A stretch of DNA of 64,000 nt, taken from contig OX597830.1 of assembly GCA_951406725.2 (NCBI GenBank), forward strand, positions 26,846,001-26,910,000, read 5' to 3'. This stretch comes from Octopus vulgaris (taxonomy: Eukaryota). This document shows, one piece after another, positions 14,062 through 27,791 of this stretch. A program made the translations under genes and the position numbers. The notes under the pieces are model-generated. The model was given only the letters and a program-made list of their open reading frames with translations. It did not search any database and was not told the DNA's origin. Numbering within the stretch: the first letter of the stretch is position 1; the number at the start of each line of letters is the position of its first letter.

Positions 14062-14572
14062 TGGAGGCGCAATGGTCCAGTGGTTAGGGCAGCGGACTCG
14101 CGGCCGTAAGAACGCGGTTTCGATTCCCAGACCGGGCATTGTGAGTGTTTATTGAGCAAAAACACCTAAGCCCCAAGAGGCTCCGGCGGTGGGGGAGGGG
14201 TATACCCCGTTTTACTCTTCCACCACAATTTTCTCTCACTCTTTCTTCATACTTCTATCACAAAGCAGAGGAACCATGGTGTAACCCACTATGGTGTGGT
14301 AAATTTTCAGACCCTAGTATAGATTGCGAATCCTCTATACCCCAGGATTGTTCAGCTCTCCACCCGTTAAAAGTCACCGTTTACGGAATGAGGACAACAA
14401 CGTAGCTTTTGCGACCGTGCAACCGCCAGTCTATCGCGTGTGGTGGGTGGATCGTCAAGTTACCGCACGCATTCTTAGTAGCTTAGAGTAGGCTCGAATT
14501 AGAGATTATTTTTTGTGGCTAATGGCGTCAGTCCTGGATTGGAAGAAGAAGAAGAAGAAGAAGAAGAAGAAG
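14062..14572 (+). mobile_element. tRNA-derived SINE family C with (GAA)n-terminated tail
   Basis: Head GGAGGCGCAATGGTCCAGTGGTTAG...GGTTTCGATTCCC; tail ends GTCCTGGATTGG(AAG)n. Homologous to 16112-16587 and 27251-27730. Confidence 0.85.
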
Positions 14573-16111
14573 ACAGCAGTGACACCAACAGTTATTGTTG
14601 TTTCGTTTACTCTCAGATCAATCCTGATTCAACAAACTTATGAAAGTCACTACATCGGGGGGCTGATTTGAAGAAATTTGGTTGCTATTTCTAAAATATG
14701 GAGCGACCACATAGAAGCTACCTCACTGCCTTGATGCCAACTTTTGGTGTTGTTTCTGGTGTTACATTTTGTGGTGAGAGTGCAACCCGTGTTGCAACTG
14801 CTACTATTGCAAATTTGTATTACGACTTCATGCAGCACAGTGGTGGAGCATTTCCCCACCTTCACTATAAAGCGGGAAATTATCAAGTGATTTGTGCTAC
14901 CATAACTGTAGCATTTTGGTTTCCAACCTTCCATTGTTATGCTCTCGAAGTAAACTGGGTCATGGACTCTCGCAAGACATGCAGGTCTTGTTAGTAGCAT
15001 TAGTTCTAAGGATTCCTTTGATTAGTTCGTCTCGATCCTCGAAACCAGTTTCAGCTGTTGTAGGTTCAAATCCAGGGAGGGGATCCTCCGCGAGCCACTC
15101 TAACAGAGTGATCAATGTTGCTCCATTTCTGTTGCCTTTATATTACTTACATGTGACTTTAGAGATCCACTTCAATTTCTCATTTATGTGACATAGCGGA
15201 TGATCTGTGCCGCTCTGTCTTTCTTTTTAGGTTTGCTCAGTACATTTTGGTTTCATCTTTCGTTCTGTGATGGTGTAAGGTCTTACACCACTCGGAGTTA
15301 TTTGGAGACGACGCACTTGTAAGCGATCTTTCTTTTAAGCTCTTTTAATAATTCCTATCTAATCTGCAATCTTCAATCACATAGGATGTTCATTTCAGGA
15401 GTAAACAATACTTTTTGTAAGGGACGGTTCTACAGAGCAGAATTTCGTCCGTCCTTACGTTCTGAGTTCAAATTCCGCCTCGATTGACTTTGCCATTCAT
15501 CGTTTCGGGGTCGATAAAAGAAACACCAGCTAAGCACTGGAGTCAATGTAATCGACTTATCCTATCCCCCGTTATTACTGGCCTTGTGCCAAAATTAAAG
15601 ATTATTATTGGCCGTGGTATTATTTGCAGAAGTGTTAAGGCTGTAGATCGGCTGAATCGTTAGAGCTTCGGATAAAATAGCTTGCTCTATGTTATTACAA
15701 ACCTTTACGTTCTGAGGCCAAATCTCACTAAAGTTAACTTTGCCTTACAATTTTCCGGGATCAATGAAATAAAGTACCAGTAAAGTACTGAGGATCAATA
15801 TAACCAACTGTCCCACCCCTCCTCAAATTTCTGGTTTGTGCCTATATTAGAAATTTGAACAATTGTTGCAGTTACCGTTATTGTTCTGGTCATTGCTGTT
15901 GTTGTCTTCTTCTCCTCCTCCTCCTCCTCCTCCTCCTCCCCCTCCTCCTCCTCCTCCTCCTCCTTCTTCTTCTTCTTCTTCTTCTTCTTCTCCTCCTCCT
16001 CCTCCTCCTCCTCCTTCTTCTTCTTCTTCTTCTTCTTCTCCTCCTCCTCCTCCTCCTCCTTCTTCTTCTTCTTCTTCTTCTTCTTCTTCTTCTTCTTCTT
16101 CTTCTTCTTCC

Positions 16112-16587
16112 AATCCCGGACTCACGCCATTAGCCACAAAGAATAATCTCCAATTCGAGCCTACTCTAAGCTACTAAGAACGCATGTGGTAACTTGATGA
16201 TCCACCCACCGCACGCGATAGACCGGCGGTTGCACGGGCGCGAAAGCTACGTTGTGATCCTCATTTGGTGGCTTTTTAACGGGTGGAGAGCTGGACCATC
16301 CTGGGGTACAGAGGATTCGCAATCTAGACTAGGGTCTGAAAGTTTTACCACACCATAGTGGATTACACTATGGTTCCTCTGCTTTGTGTCGGAATTAGGA
16401 AGAAAGAGTGAGAGAAAATTGTGGGGAAAGAGTACAGCGGGGTTCACCACCCCCAGCACTGCCGGAGCTTCGTGGAGCTTAGGTATTTTTGCTCAATAAA
16501 CACTCACAATGCCCGGTCTGGGAATCGAAACCGCGTTCTTACGACCGCGAGTCCGCTGCCCTAACCACTGGGCCATTGCGCCTCCAC
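16112..16587 (-). mobile_element. SINE family C, (GAA)n tail type
   Basis: Reverse-complement homologue of 14062-14572, followed by a (TTC/TCC)n tract at 15905-16110. Confidence 0.85.
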
Positions 16588-17278
16588 TGATGCTGTTGTT
16601 GTTGCTATTGCGGTTGGTGTTTTTGATGCTGGTGGTGATGGTGGCGGCGGTGTTACTACCGCTACGACTGATGTCGAAGAATGCGACGTCCTTGCAAGAA
16701 GTGACGTCACTGTTGGATGTCGACGTACTGCTGCCGTGCTCTCGACTCATATTGAAGGCAACCCTTGTTTGAAAACCTCTTTTTGATTTGTTATGCATAG
16801 CAAAGGCGTTGTATAGTGTTCTTGTTGTTGCTGTTGTTGTTGTTGTTGTTGCTGTTGTTGTTAGTACTTTTATTTATGTCGTTCAGATTTGCGTTTTCCA
16901 GTTTGAAGTTATGGTTGCTTTTGTGTTTGTATCTTTGTTTCTTTGTGAATGTTTACCGATTACTTTGTTTTTAAAATTAGATTTCGTGTTTGTGGGGCAG
17001 GGTGTAACCAGTGCTAAGTAGCTGTTTGCACTTTATCCTATTCCTCAAATAGAAGAAACCATATTGAAATAAATATAAACACACATACACATCAAAAAAT
17101 ATTTTCAGAAGGTGTTTAAACGACAAACTTTATCCACCCCTATTTAAATCCCACGACCTTTTTTTTTTTGCAAAATAATCCGTCTCTCTCCACAAGTAAA
17201 AGAAAATGTTTATTCAATAAATCGTGGAAATAATTCAGGTTTCACAGGGCGGTCTGAAAACACATCGGTTCAATTCAG

Positions 17279-17344
<66 letters not shown>

Positions 17345-17349
17345 TTCCT

Positions 17350-17744
17350 TTCTAGTATAGGCAAAAGACCTGAAATTTTAGGAAGGGGACAAGTCGATTA
17401 CATCGACACCGGTGTTTCATTGGTATTTAATTTATCGGTCCCGAAAGGATGAAAGGCAAAGTCCACCTCGGTGGAATTTGAACTCAGAACGTAGCAACGG
17501 GTGAAATAACTATTTCATTACTACCCACAAGAGCCTAAGCACAGAGAGGACAAACAACGACAGACAAACGGATTAAGTCGATTATATCGACCCCAGTGCG
17601 TAACTGGTACTTATTTAATCGACCCCGAAAGGATGAAAAGCGAAGTCGACCTCGGCGGAATTTGAACTCAGAACGTAGCGGCAGACGAAATACCGCTAAG
17701 CATTTCGCCCAGCATGCTAACGATTCTGCCAGCTCGCCACCATA

Positions 17745-17821
<77 letters not shown>

Positions 17822-18039
17822 TAATAATAATGATCTTTTCTACTCTAGGCACAAGGCCCGAAATTTTGGGGGAGGGGGCCAGTCGATTAGATCGACCCCT
17901 GTACACAACTGATACTTAATTTATCTACCCTGAGAGGCAAAGTCGACCTCGGCGGAATTTGAACACAGCACGTAAAGACAGACGAAAAACTGCAAAGCAT
18001 TTCGCCCTGCGCGCTAACGTTTCTGCCAGCTGGCCGCCT

Positions 18040-18127
<88 letters not shown>

Positions 18128-18660
18128 TAATTTATATTAGGGGCACAAGGCCTGAAACGTTTTAGGGAAGAGGGTTAGTCGACTGAATCTACCCCAGTGC
18201 ACAACTTGATCCCGAAAGAATAAAAAGCAAAGTCGAGCTCGGCAGATTTTGAACTCAGAGCGTAAAAACAGACTAAGTACCGCAAAACGTACTGTCCGGC
18301 ATGCTATCGATTCTGGTTGAATCGTTAGCAAGCCGGGTAAAAATACTTAGTAGCATTTCGCCCACCTTTTCGTTCCGAGTTCAAATTCCGCCGAAGTTGG
18401 CTTCGCCTTTCATCCTTTCGGCGGCCCTTTAAAATAATTACCAGTTGATCACCGGGGTCGATGTAATCGATTTCCTCCTCTTCTTCTTCTTCTTCTTCTT
18501 CTTCCTCATCCTCCTCATCCTCCTCCCCCTCCTCCTCTTCTTCTTCTTCTTCTTCTTCTTCTTCTTCTTCTTCTTCTTCTTCTTCTTCTTCTTCTTCCTC
18601 CTCCCCCTCCTTCTCCTCATCCCAACTTGCTGGCCTTGTGCCACGATTTGAAGCCAATAT
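17350..18660. mobile_element. Cluster of about five family B-related SINEs separated by (AAT)n tracts
   Basis: Repeated GTCGACCTCGGCGGAATTTGAAC / CTGCCAGCTCGCC motifs; (AAT)n at 17280, 17745 and 18045. Confidence 0.8.
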
Positions 18661-19875
18661 TTTATTTTGTCTTAGTTATTCGTAATGAGTAAGACAAAAA
18701 AAATGACGATGATGACGACGATGACGATGATAAGGGACGGTGTAAATTTCTCACAGCAAACAAGAGAAAAAAGAACTTTTGATACATATTTTCTTCGTCA
18801 GAGACGAAATTTCGGTATCCAAGAAGACACTGTGAAACCTATCTTGTTTGTATTTACTTAATGCTATTACGATTTAATGCTTTATCAGAAACAAAATTAT
18901 AGATCACCCGACGGCATGTGACATATTTGACAACATGTTCTAGAATTAAGAAAGCTTGATAGTTTAAATAATTATAATTACAGGCCAGGTTAACGTCCAG
19001 CTCGCGTCTAATTGTTTGTCTCTTGAGACCTATATCTTCACCTTTTTCAACAGTTGATCCACTCCTGAGCTATGCTGTCATTATACCGGTGCTATCTCAC
19101 TCAACTTCAAGCTGCTCACCCCTTTCACCTCCTTTGTCAATTTATTCCACCGTCACCGACAAATCCATAATCCTGTGGCATGTCGCCACTTTAGTCGATA
19201 ATTTTCACCGCTTGTTACGAACCCTCTTAATCTTCCTGCATCCACGTCATTCACATTAAATCCAATACCTCTTTCTAGCACTTCACCCCGACTCCACCGT
19301 CTCTGTAGTCAAGACTGAATCCAATGAAATGCCAGTAACCAGTAACGAGGTAAACTCGTACGAATTAACCAACTTACCATCGATGCGATCCAAACTTGAT
19401 TCCAGAGATCGATCGGATTCTAACCCTTCAACTTCACCATATAAATTCTTTTGCTCACCACCTTACACCCCATAACTCTATTAATTGGATTGGCATTTAT
19501 ATTAACTGATTTTACTGAATTTGGCCCTTCTATCGCTCCTATTTTTTCTGATGCTTCACCCCTCTTTTAAACACCACTAAAACATGTACCTTCTCCGTTC
19601 TTTTGCCTCATGTCACACGCATCCTAAAAATTTCGCTTTTATTTTCGCCATAACCATATGAATCCCGAAGTCCACATTTCCTCTAGCGTTAAATACCAAA
19701 TATATACTGCACAGTAAATGGGTGAAACTGTCCGATAATTGGTAGACCATTCCCGAAAGCGCCCTTCTGATTCCATCGAGTAGCTTATCTTGGCTTTCCA
19801 TCTCAATTCTCCAGGCCATTCCCGCCGCCAATCTCCAAGTTACTCTCAAAGCAAACTCGTAATAGATAGCCTCAA

Positions 19876-20252
19876 GGAGGCGCAATGGCCCAGTGGTTAG
19901 AGCAGCGGACTCGCGGTCATTGGATCGCGGTTTCGATTCCCAGACCGGGCGTTGTGAGTGTTTATTGAGCGAAAACACCTAAAGCTCCACGAGGCTCCGG
20001 CAGGGGATGGTGGTGATCCCTGCTGTACTCTTTCACCACAACTTTCTCTCACTCTTACTTCCTGTTTCTGTTGTACTTGTATTTCAAAGGGTCAGCCTTG
20101 TCACTCTCTGTGTCACGCTGAATATCCCCGAGAACTACGTTAAGGGTACACGTGTCTGTGGAGTGCTCAGCCACTTGCACGTTAATTTCACGAGCAGGCT
20201 GTTCCGTTGTTCGGATCAACCGGAACCCTCGTCGTCGTAACCGACGGAGTGC
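19876..20252 (+). mobile_element. SINE family C head with alternative tail
   Basis: GGAGGCGCAATGGCCCAGTGGTTAG head; tail nearly the same as 10370-10535. Confidence 0.85.
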
Positions 20253-20825
20253 TTCAAGCCTCAAGGACAAAGGCTCTTCTTTAAAACGGATCTGTTCGCT
20301 CCCTAATGCATTCATAAAAGACCAGATTTTATCTAATGCCAATCCTGGGCACGTATAGACGCACACGTACGCTAATACATCATAAACATGTACATGAACT
20401 GACACACACACAGACACTCACTCACACACACACACACAGACACACACACATGCACATACACACAAACGCACACGCACGCACACTCACAGCCAGAGTAACA
20501 CTGACATCCACACACACACATATTCATACTCACGCGAACTAACATGCACACACTCACAAATACAGAGTTACGCTTCCGTGTACAAAAACATCATACATAA
20601 CCACGAGAACTAAAGAAACATATAAACACACATACAAATACACCCCCACACACATACGCCCCCCCACGCGCACATGCAGAAGAATCAGTTATTGTTTACC
20701 ATTCCCGTTGTATATCCGATGCCACCTCCATTTTCCGCACCTCGGAAGTCATTTCTAACGGACCTATTTCCGCCTTCCATTACTATCACTTTTTCCAGAC
20801 ACACGGAAATCATGCAAGTTTAGTT

Positions 20826-21630
20826 AGTGGGGCAAAATAAGTAATTTTTGATTTTCTCGCTATTTTCTCTTGACTTGCTAGAAACCATAATATTGCAAGT
20901 ATTGCATCGTCATCGCATCATCATTTTGTACTCTTGCATTATCTTCAGGAGTAAAAACTGGTCAGCATAGTCGTTGTTGTCGAAAAGTGAGACAGAGTTT
21001 GAGAGATAGTCTGGCGACAAGTACATTTTTTTCAAAAATGTTTTCCATATTTTTGACCAGATTGTAATTGCTAATAAAATATCTGGATAACTTTTGATGC
21101 TTAACAATCGANNNNNNNNNNNNNNNNNNNNNNNNNNNNNNNNNNNNNNNNNNNNNNNNNNNNNNNNNNNNNNNNNNNNNNNNNNNNNNNNNNNNNNNNN
21201 NNNNNNNNNNNAATTCTTTTGTCTGTTGGATTCCATGTCAATATTTTTTTTAATTTTCAATTTCAAAAAAAATTGTCTAAAATGGGGCAAAATGAGTAAT
21301 GACTAATTTCAGTAGTTTTTGTTTTTCTCTTTAACTGCACGCAGCGTAAATATAACACGAAGAGAGCCACACCGGTAAATCGTGAAGAAGCTATAGAGAA
21401 TATTTTATGTTGAGGTTTTAGATTTAGTCTAATTTCGTTAATTTCATATCATATGTTATTTTCCATTATTCTCTTTCATTTGACTTAGATATTTTTAATT
21501 GTCGTTGCATTTGTGATGTTGCTGACGTCTAAGGATGGATATCGACGTGTAAAGGTCATTTTTCAAATGTAATTTTAGAAAATGGGAGCAAATTTACTTC
21601 AGTTTGTTATACTCATTTTGCTCCACCTAA
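20826..21630. mobile_element. Non-autonomous DNA-transposon remnant(s) with GGGGCAAAATGAGTA termini
   Basis: The motif occurs at ~20828 and ~21283 and inverted at ~21610; a homologous segment lies at 52720-52915. Confidence 0.45.
21112..21211. other. Assembly gap (100 N)
   Basis: Run of N. Confidence 1.
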
Positions 21631-22169
21631 ATTTGTATTTTGCATGCTCAGAGATAATTTTCGGAGATCATTTTTTTTCTTAAAAAAAGCGTTCTGAATA
21701 TGTTATGGTGTTTAGAGAAGGTCAGTTGCTCAACTGATATAGTATTTGTAAGGTAGCGAACGTTTGTAAAAAAAAAAAATGTTTTTTTCTCAAAGACAAA
21801 CATACAGTAAATATTACTTATTGTGCCCTTCCTTGAAGACATTGGATGCTAAAATGTCGAACCTTTTCCTTTCCCCTCGGCAACTACATATATTCAGTCT
21901 ACATTACTTACTCTAAAGGATTACTGGAAACCATTGTCCGAATCAGAAAATTACCAATTTACTTTCCGGTTTGGTGCATGTACAAGTCCTACTGAAAATC
22001 CAACGCATGTTGAGATATTGCGTTTAGTTCCGGGCCAGGCTTAATTGAGAAATGTCTGATCAAAAGTGTTCGAATCATGACCAGCTTGCAGTCTCTCTTC
22101 CAGAGTTTCATTGTGAGTGGCCAGCTTTCAGGTAAGTTGAAGGAAGGAAGAGGCGCAATCCATAAAGGA

Positions 22170-23450
22170 GGTAGCAGAGCGGAAGCTAAAAACTATATGC
22201 TTGTCTCTCTAATCTCGCTTATCAGAAAAGTCAGAGGGTGAATATTCAGAAGGAACCTGAGCCTGTTCCTTGAATAAAATGGCTGTCCGACTGACACACA
22301 GTTTGGTTTTTCCCTAGGAAGAAGCTGCTTGATACAACACTTACAACACTATGACTGGGTGTCAAAACAACTGTCAACCATTCAAATGTGGGTGATATAT
22401 TTCGACTTTGAGAAAGCCTTCGATAAAGTCCTCATGGATGACATGTTTCGAACTGCGTGATCTAGGTAAAGTCAGAAAACTAAGAGAGTGGTTACACGAC
22501 TTTATAAAAGATAGAAGTTAGGTAGAAGAAGCCCATAGGGTCACCTCCAAGGAAAATCAAATAGTGAATGATGTGCCGCAGAGACCACTTGGAGCCCCCA
22601 CTGTTCATAGCGGCCCTTTCAGATAAACCCTCAGTGATACACTGAGCCACCTTCATAAGCTATACGGACAATACAAAAGTCTCACGGGTAATATAGAACC
22701 CTAAAGAAGACACGCATCTGCAACAAAAGTTGGACGCAAGAAATAAGTGGTCTGAAGATTATAACATGCAATTTTATTCTATCAAGTTCCAAACGCTACG
22801 CCATCAGCTGACAGAGCTAAGTACAATGCAGACAAAAACACTGAATCAGGGGAGACTGCTGTCTCAGAATCACAATCAGTGCGTGACAGGGTCATTGACA
22901 CGAGTAATGACACAGATGCATTCTATATGCATCTTACTAAGTTCGTAATGAAAGGGAGCAGGAAACCATGATGGTCTTCTGCATGATGTTTGTATTAAAC
23001 CGTTTTGATTATTGGTCCCAATTATGGCCATCTCATAGTGTAGAATTAATAGCGAAACTCGAGGCAATCCAACAAAGATACTCAGAAAAGGTTGTTTCAA
23101 TGCAGCAGATTAGATACAGAGAAAGATTCAAAAGGCTATGGTTCTACACGCTGGAACGAAGGTGGGAAAGATATTCTGTAATGCACAAACGGGATATCCT
23201 CGAAGGACTTGTTTCAAATTTTATGCTAAAATCGGAACAGGGAGCCTTTGCATAGTACCAAAGATCCCACTCTTGTCATCACAACACAGGACCAGATATG
23301 GGAGTATTTTGAGATTCAAGGGCCGACATCTTTTCAATGTCCTCCCGAAGACCTTGAGAGATTTATATAGAGTGGATGTACATATCTTCAAAACAGAACT
23401 GGATTTCCTACTGTCAATAGTTCCTGTTCAACAACCATGGAGGTATCAGG
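22170..23450 (+). pseudogene. Decayed CR1/L2-group LINE RT and C-terminal region
   Basis: Fragments FGFSLGRSCL, IYFDFEKAFDKV, SYTDNTK (YADDTK), FDYWSQLWP...KLEAIQQR and RHLFNVLPKTLR...FKTELD. Confidence 0.75.
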
Positions 23451-23568
23451 AGGTGTTGGTAAGATACTGTAAATATGTAAGTACCAAATCCAATTTAAAC
23501 TGTAGATCTACTGAGTGCTGGTTCTAGGTGTGGCAAGGGTATAAAAAGAACACAAATGGGGTTTCAAA

Positions 23569-23650
23569 TTTACGATAGCTGTTTCGGGAGAATTTTATTA
23601 ATGTATTTATAGATTACACCACAGTACATAATCCACCTTCTTCAGGTAAA
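23569..23650 (-). ncRNA. Type I hammerhead ribozyme
   Basis: TTTAC-CTGAAGA-[long stem II]-GAAA-CAGCTA-TC-GTAAA; stem I TTTAC/GTAAA, near-palindromic stem III. Confidence 0.65.
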
Positions 23651-23703
23651 ATCTAAAATAGATATAAACAGGTGAGATGACGAATCCGGTTAACATATTT
23701 GGA

Positions 23704-23835
23704 TCGCTACGCGCGTTTCCACAAATCACATGTCTTTTAAGATCCCAGCCCGTATTCTTGGGATGATTACAGTGTAGTCCGTAGTATCCCTGGGCATCGT
23801 ATTGATCATCATCATGGATTCATTTCTTCAGGCGG
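23704..23835 (-). ncRNA. Type I hammerhead ribozyme (long stem II)
   Basis: CGC-CTGAAGA-[~105 nt]-GAAA-CGCGCG-TA-GCG; palindromic stem III, GUA site. Confidence 0.55.
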
Positions 23836-24391
23836 TATAACATTAATGTTACCCCAGGAATACGGACTATGATCTCAAGAGACATGTGATTTGTGGAAAC
23901 GCGTGTAACGACGCATTAAAATATCGATAAATTGCATTCATGGATTATTGTTATTATTACTATATTTATCCTACATTATATCAGTACAACCCCGCAAAAC
24001 TGGTTCACCAGTCAGCAATATTAGACTTTGGCCAGCGTAATGGAATAGGAGGTACTAATTTAAAAGCGTAAAGGTATGTAGGAAAGGAATTCAAGTGTTT
24101 GGATAAGTGATATTTTAAGATATAGCATTCAGAGTTGTAGAAAAATTAAAAGGAGTAGCAACAACGGGCATGCTAAAAGCAAAAAGATCAAACGACTTTA
24201 TTATTTAAAAATAGTTATCTCGGTTAGTTTATAGGTAAGTGGCTGTGAGAACGTGCAAGAAAAGATATGCTTAAGGTCATAAAAGCCAGAAAGATATCTT
24301 GCCAGTTACGTAAGATAAAAGAAAGCAACTCTCAGATCAGCAGAAATTTATAAAACTTTCAAACATGAAGTGTAATTTTATTTGGGAAAAC

Positions 24392-24461
<70 letters not shown>

Positions 24462-24539
24462 ATACACACACACAAACGCACACACGCACACACACACACG
24501 CACACACACACACGCACACACACACAAAGTAAAATAGAC

Positions 24540-24742
24540 CCCCTTCAGTCATGAATGACCATGAGATTGCATGAAGAAAGTTCCCCTCCGAGGCACCAGT
24601 GACGTCATAACTCATTTCTACAGCTGAGTGAACTGGAGCAACGTGAAATAAAGTGTCTTGCTTAAGGACACAACGCACAGCCCGGTCCGGGAATCGAACT
24701 CACTACCTCATGATTGTGAGTCCGACAGTTTAACCACCGAGC
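24540..24742 (-). mobile_element. SINE family D-related
   Basis: GAGTTCGATTCCC B-box and TTAAGCAAGACACTTTATTTCACGTTGCTCCAG on the minus strand. Confidence 0.7.
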
Positions 24743-25213
24743 GAAGGAGTTTGATGGAGAGAAGCTCCTTCCAGTTGTAGAATAAGGTAATTTTATCTAC
24801 ATATTTGTGTGTATAAGGAGAGGTATATGAAGAACTCCTATGAAAAGAAATAAAAGAGACATTAAAAAGATGTCTTAGAAATAGAGATAGATTGAAAAAA
24901 AGACAGGATCCAAGACAATGACAGAAAGAGAAAAGGAAAAGAGAGAAAAATAAAACAAAAAATATGATTCGAGACCACGAACCATAGCTTTCTTTACTAA
25001 GTAGCGAGGAAGGTATAGATGTCCGCTTTGAGGATAAGGATCAAACTTCTCTTTACGAGACTCTAGTAACGGTGGTGGAGAAAATTGTCCTTAGCACTGA
25101 CCTAAAGTCGTAAAAAGACGCGTAGCATACACCATATTTCATGTGATTGGGTACTAATTTATAGTTTATCTACAATTATGAAAGCAGACGAAAGAATAAT
25201 AAAACAATACCTA

Positions 25214-25650
25214 GGCGTAGAAGTGGCTGTGTGGTAAGCAGCTTGCTTACCGACCACATGGTTCAGGGTTCAGTCCCACTACATGGCACCTTGGGCAAGT
25301 GTATTCTACTATAGCCTCGGGCCGACCAAAGCCTTGTGAGTGGATTTGGTAGACGGAAACTGAAAGAAGCCCGTCGTATATATGTATATATATATGTATG
25401 GGTGTGTATGTGTTTGTGTGTCTGTGTTTGTCCTCCCAACATCGCTCGACAACCGATGCTGGTGTGTTTACATTCCCGTAACTTAGCGGTTCGGCAAAAG
25501 AGACCGATAGAATAAGTACTAGCCTTACAAAGAATAAGTCCTGGGGTCGATTTGCTCAACTAAAGGTGGTGCTCCAGCATGGCCACAGTCAAATGACTGA
25601 AACAAGTAAAATGACTGAAACAAGTAAAAGAGAGAGTAAAGAGAGAGTAA
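25214..25650 (+). mobile_element. CORE-type SINE family A, full length
   Basis: GGCGTAGAAGTGGCTGTGTGG A-box, GGTTCAGTCCC B-box, ACCTTGGGCAAGT core; tail ends TGACTGAAACAAGTAAAAGAG. Confidence 0.9.
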
Positions 25651-25659
25651 CTTAAAATT

Positions 25660-25945
25660 TAAAGATTGGCCCTAAATGTGTACGGTGACGAGGAAAATTA
25701 CGGTGCATTACGGTGTTTTGAGACTAGCCCTAAATGTGTATGAAGCAGAAAAAGGGGGAAATCTAATGCTTAGGGACTGGCCCTAAATTTTTATACTGAA
25801 GGCACAAGGAGACTAAAATTCTGAGATTGACTCTTAATTTGTATGATGTAAGGAGATGTTGAATCTTATGCTTTCGGACGTCCTGAATTTTGTGAACTGT
25901 CAGGTGAAATGGGATTTAATGCTTTGGAGCTGCCCCTAAATTTGG
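25660..25945 (+). repeat. Degenerate ~55-bp tandem repeat
   Basis: GCCCTAAAT-like motif recurs at ~25668, 25726, 25779, 25826 and 25932. Confidence 0.5.
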
Positions 25946-26575
25946 TAGCTGTGCGGAGTGGAAGAGGGGACTGGTATTTCGAAGCCTAACTAAAAAGAAG
26001 GACGTACTGTCAACTTTAAAATTTCTCTAAGACAAAGGAACAATCATTAAACTCAAGATGTCTCCCATCTTCATGACATACTAGCTTATCTAAATTCACT
26101 TAGAACTCAATAATTATTTTAAAAAATGCTTTCCGACTGTGGCCATCCTGTCTGTGACCATTCCTATCTGGAACAATATTGTCTAACATAGTATTTTTAA
26201 TCTAAAACTGTTGGAGGTGGTTTTAGAATAGATTTTAGTTGTTATTTCCAGCGGATTCTGCAACCAATTAAATTTCCCTCTTCGGCTGAAAATAGATGTG
26301 AAGTAGGTAAGTTCAGGAAGTGTTTGGTTTAAATTGATAATTTGTTTCTCTTCCTTTATCCATGCAAAAAAGATAACAGCGACAATAACATCGACAGCAA
26401 CAGCATTCACAATAATAATAACAATAACAACCACAATAACAAACAGAATAACAGTAGTAGTAGTAGTAGCAGCAACCAGATACAGCATCAAAAGTGACTG
26501 CAACAACAACTACAACAACTACAAAAACAACGCTAACAATAAGAACATCAGTATCAGCGACAACAGCAACAACAG

Positions 26576-26932
26576 TGGATGCGCAATGGCCCAGTGGTTA
26601 GGACAGCGGACTCGCGGTTTCGATTCCCAGACCGGGCGTTGTGTGTGTTTATTGAGCGAAAACACCTAAAAGCTCCACGAGGCTCCGGCAGGGGTTGGTG
26701 GCGACCCCTGTTGTACTCTTTCGCCCCAACTTTCTCTCACTCTTCCTTCTTGTTTCTTGTCCCCGACTTCCTACGCAACCGCTGAACCTGGATGCGCGTT
26801 CATCCATCCGTCGATGCTCTCGGTGTCGGGGGTTGACCTGCTTTCTCTTCTGCGGGTCTTACGAATAGCAAAGGACCACGCTTCGGACTTCTCCCATCTT
26901 GCGAGCTCTGGGACGAAGACCGCTTCGCTCAA
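26576..26932 (+). mobile_element. SINE family C head with a third tail type
   Basis: GCGCAATGGCCCAGTGGTTAG head; unique tail ends GACGAAGACCGCTTCGCTCAAC. Confidence 0.75.
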
Positions 26933-27037
26933 CAGCACAGCAGCACAGCACAGCGACAACGACAACAGAAGACATACCAACAACAATAAAATCAACAACA
27001 TCAACAACAAAAGCAATAACATCATTAACGACGACAG

Positions 27038-27075
<38 letters not shown>

Positions 27076-27250
27076 ACAGCAGCAGCAACAACAGCAGTAA
27101 CAGCAGCAACAGCAGCAGCAGCAGCTATAATACCAGCGAACAAGCAACATCAACAATGATAACAACAGTTACAACAAAAATATCAACCACGACAACAATA
27201 GCAAGAATAGCAACAACAACAACACCAAGAGCAACATCAGCAACATCAAG

Positions 27251-27730
27251 TGGAGGCACAATGGCCCGGTGATTAGTGCAGCGGACTCGCGGTCGTAAGA
27301 ACGTGGTTTCGATTCCTAGATCGGACATTGTGAGTGTTTATTGAGCAAAAACACCTAAGCTCCACGAGGCTCCGTCAGTGCTGGGGGTGGTGAACCCTGC
27401 TGTACTCTTTCACCACAAATTTCTCTCACTCTTTCTTCCTACTTCTGCCACAGAGCATAGGAACCATGGTGTAACCCACTATGGTGTGGTAAACCTTCAG
27501 GCCCTAGTCTAGATTGCGAATCCTCTGCACCCCAGGATGGTTCAGCTCTCCACCTGTTAAAAGCCACCGTTTACGGAATGAGGATAGCAACGTAGCTTTA
27601 GCGCTCGTGCAGCCGCCAGTCTATCGCGCGTGGTGGGTGGATCTTCAAGTTGCCACACGCAATCTTAGTAACTTAGAATAGGCTCGAATTGGAGATTATT
27701 CTTTGTGGCTAATGGCGTGAGTCCTGATTG
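27251..27730 (+). mobile_element. SINE family C, (GAA)n tail type
   Basis: Homologous to 14062-14572. Confidence 0.85.
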
Positions 27731-27740
27731 GAAGTAGTAA

Positions 27741-27791
<51 letters not shown>

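Noticed and set aside
18960-19870. Purine-rich minus-strand segment resembling a decayed retroelement ORF
   Set aside because: I could not read any diagnostic gag, protease or RT motif.
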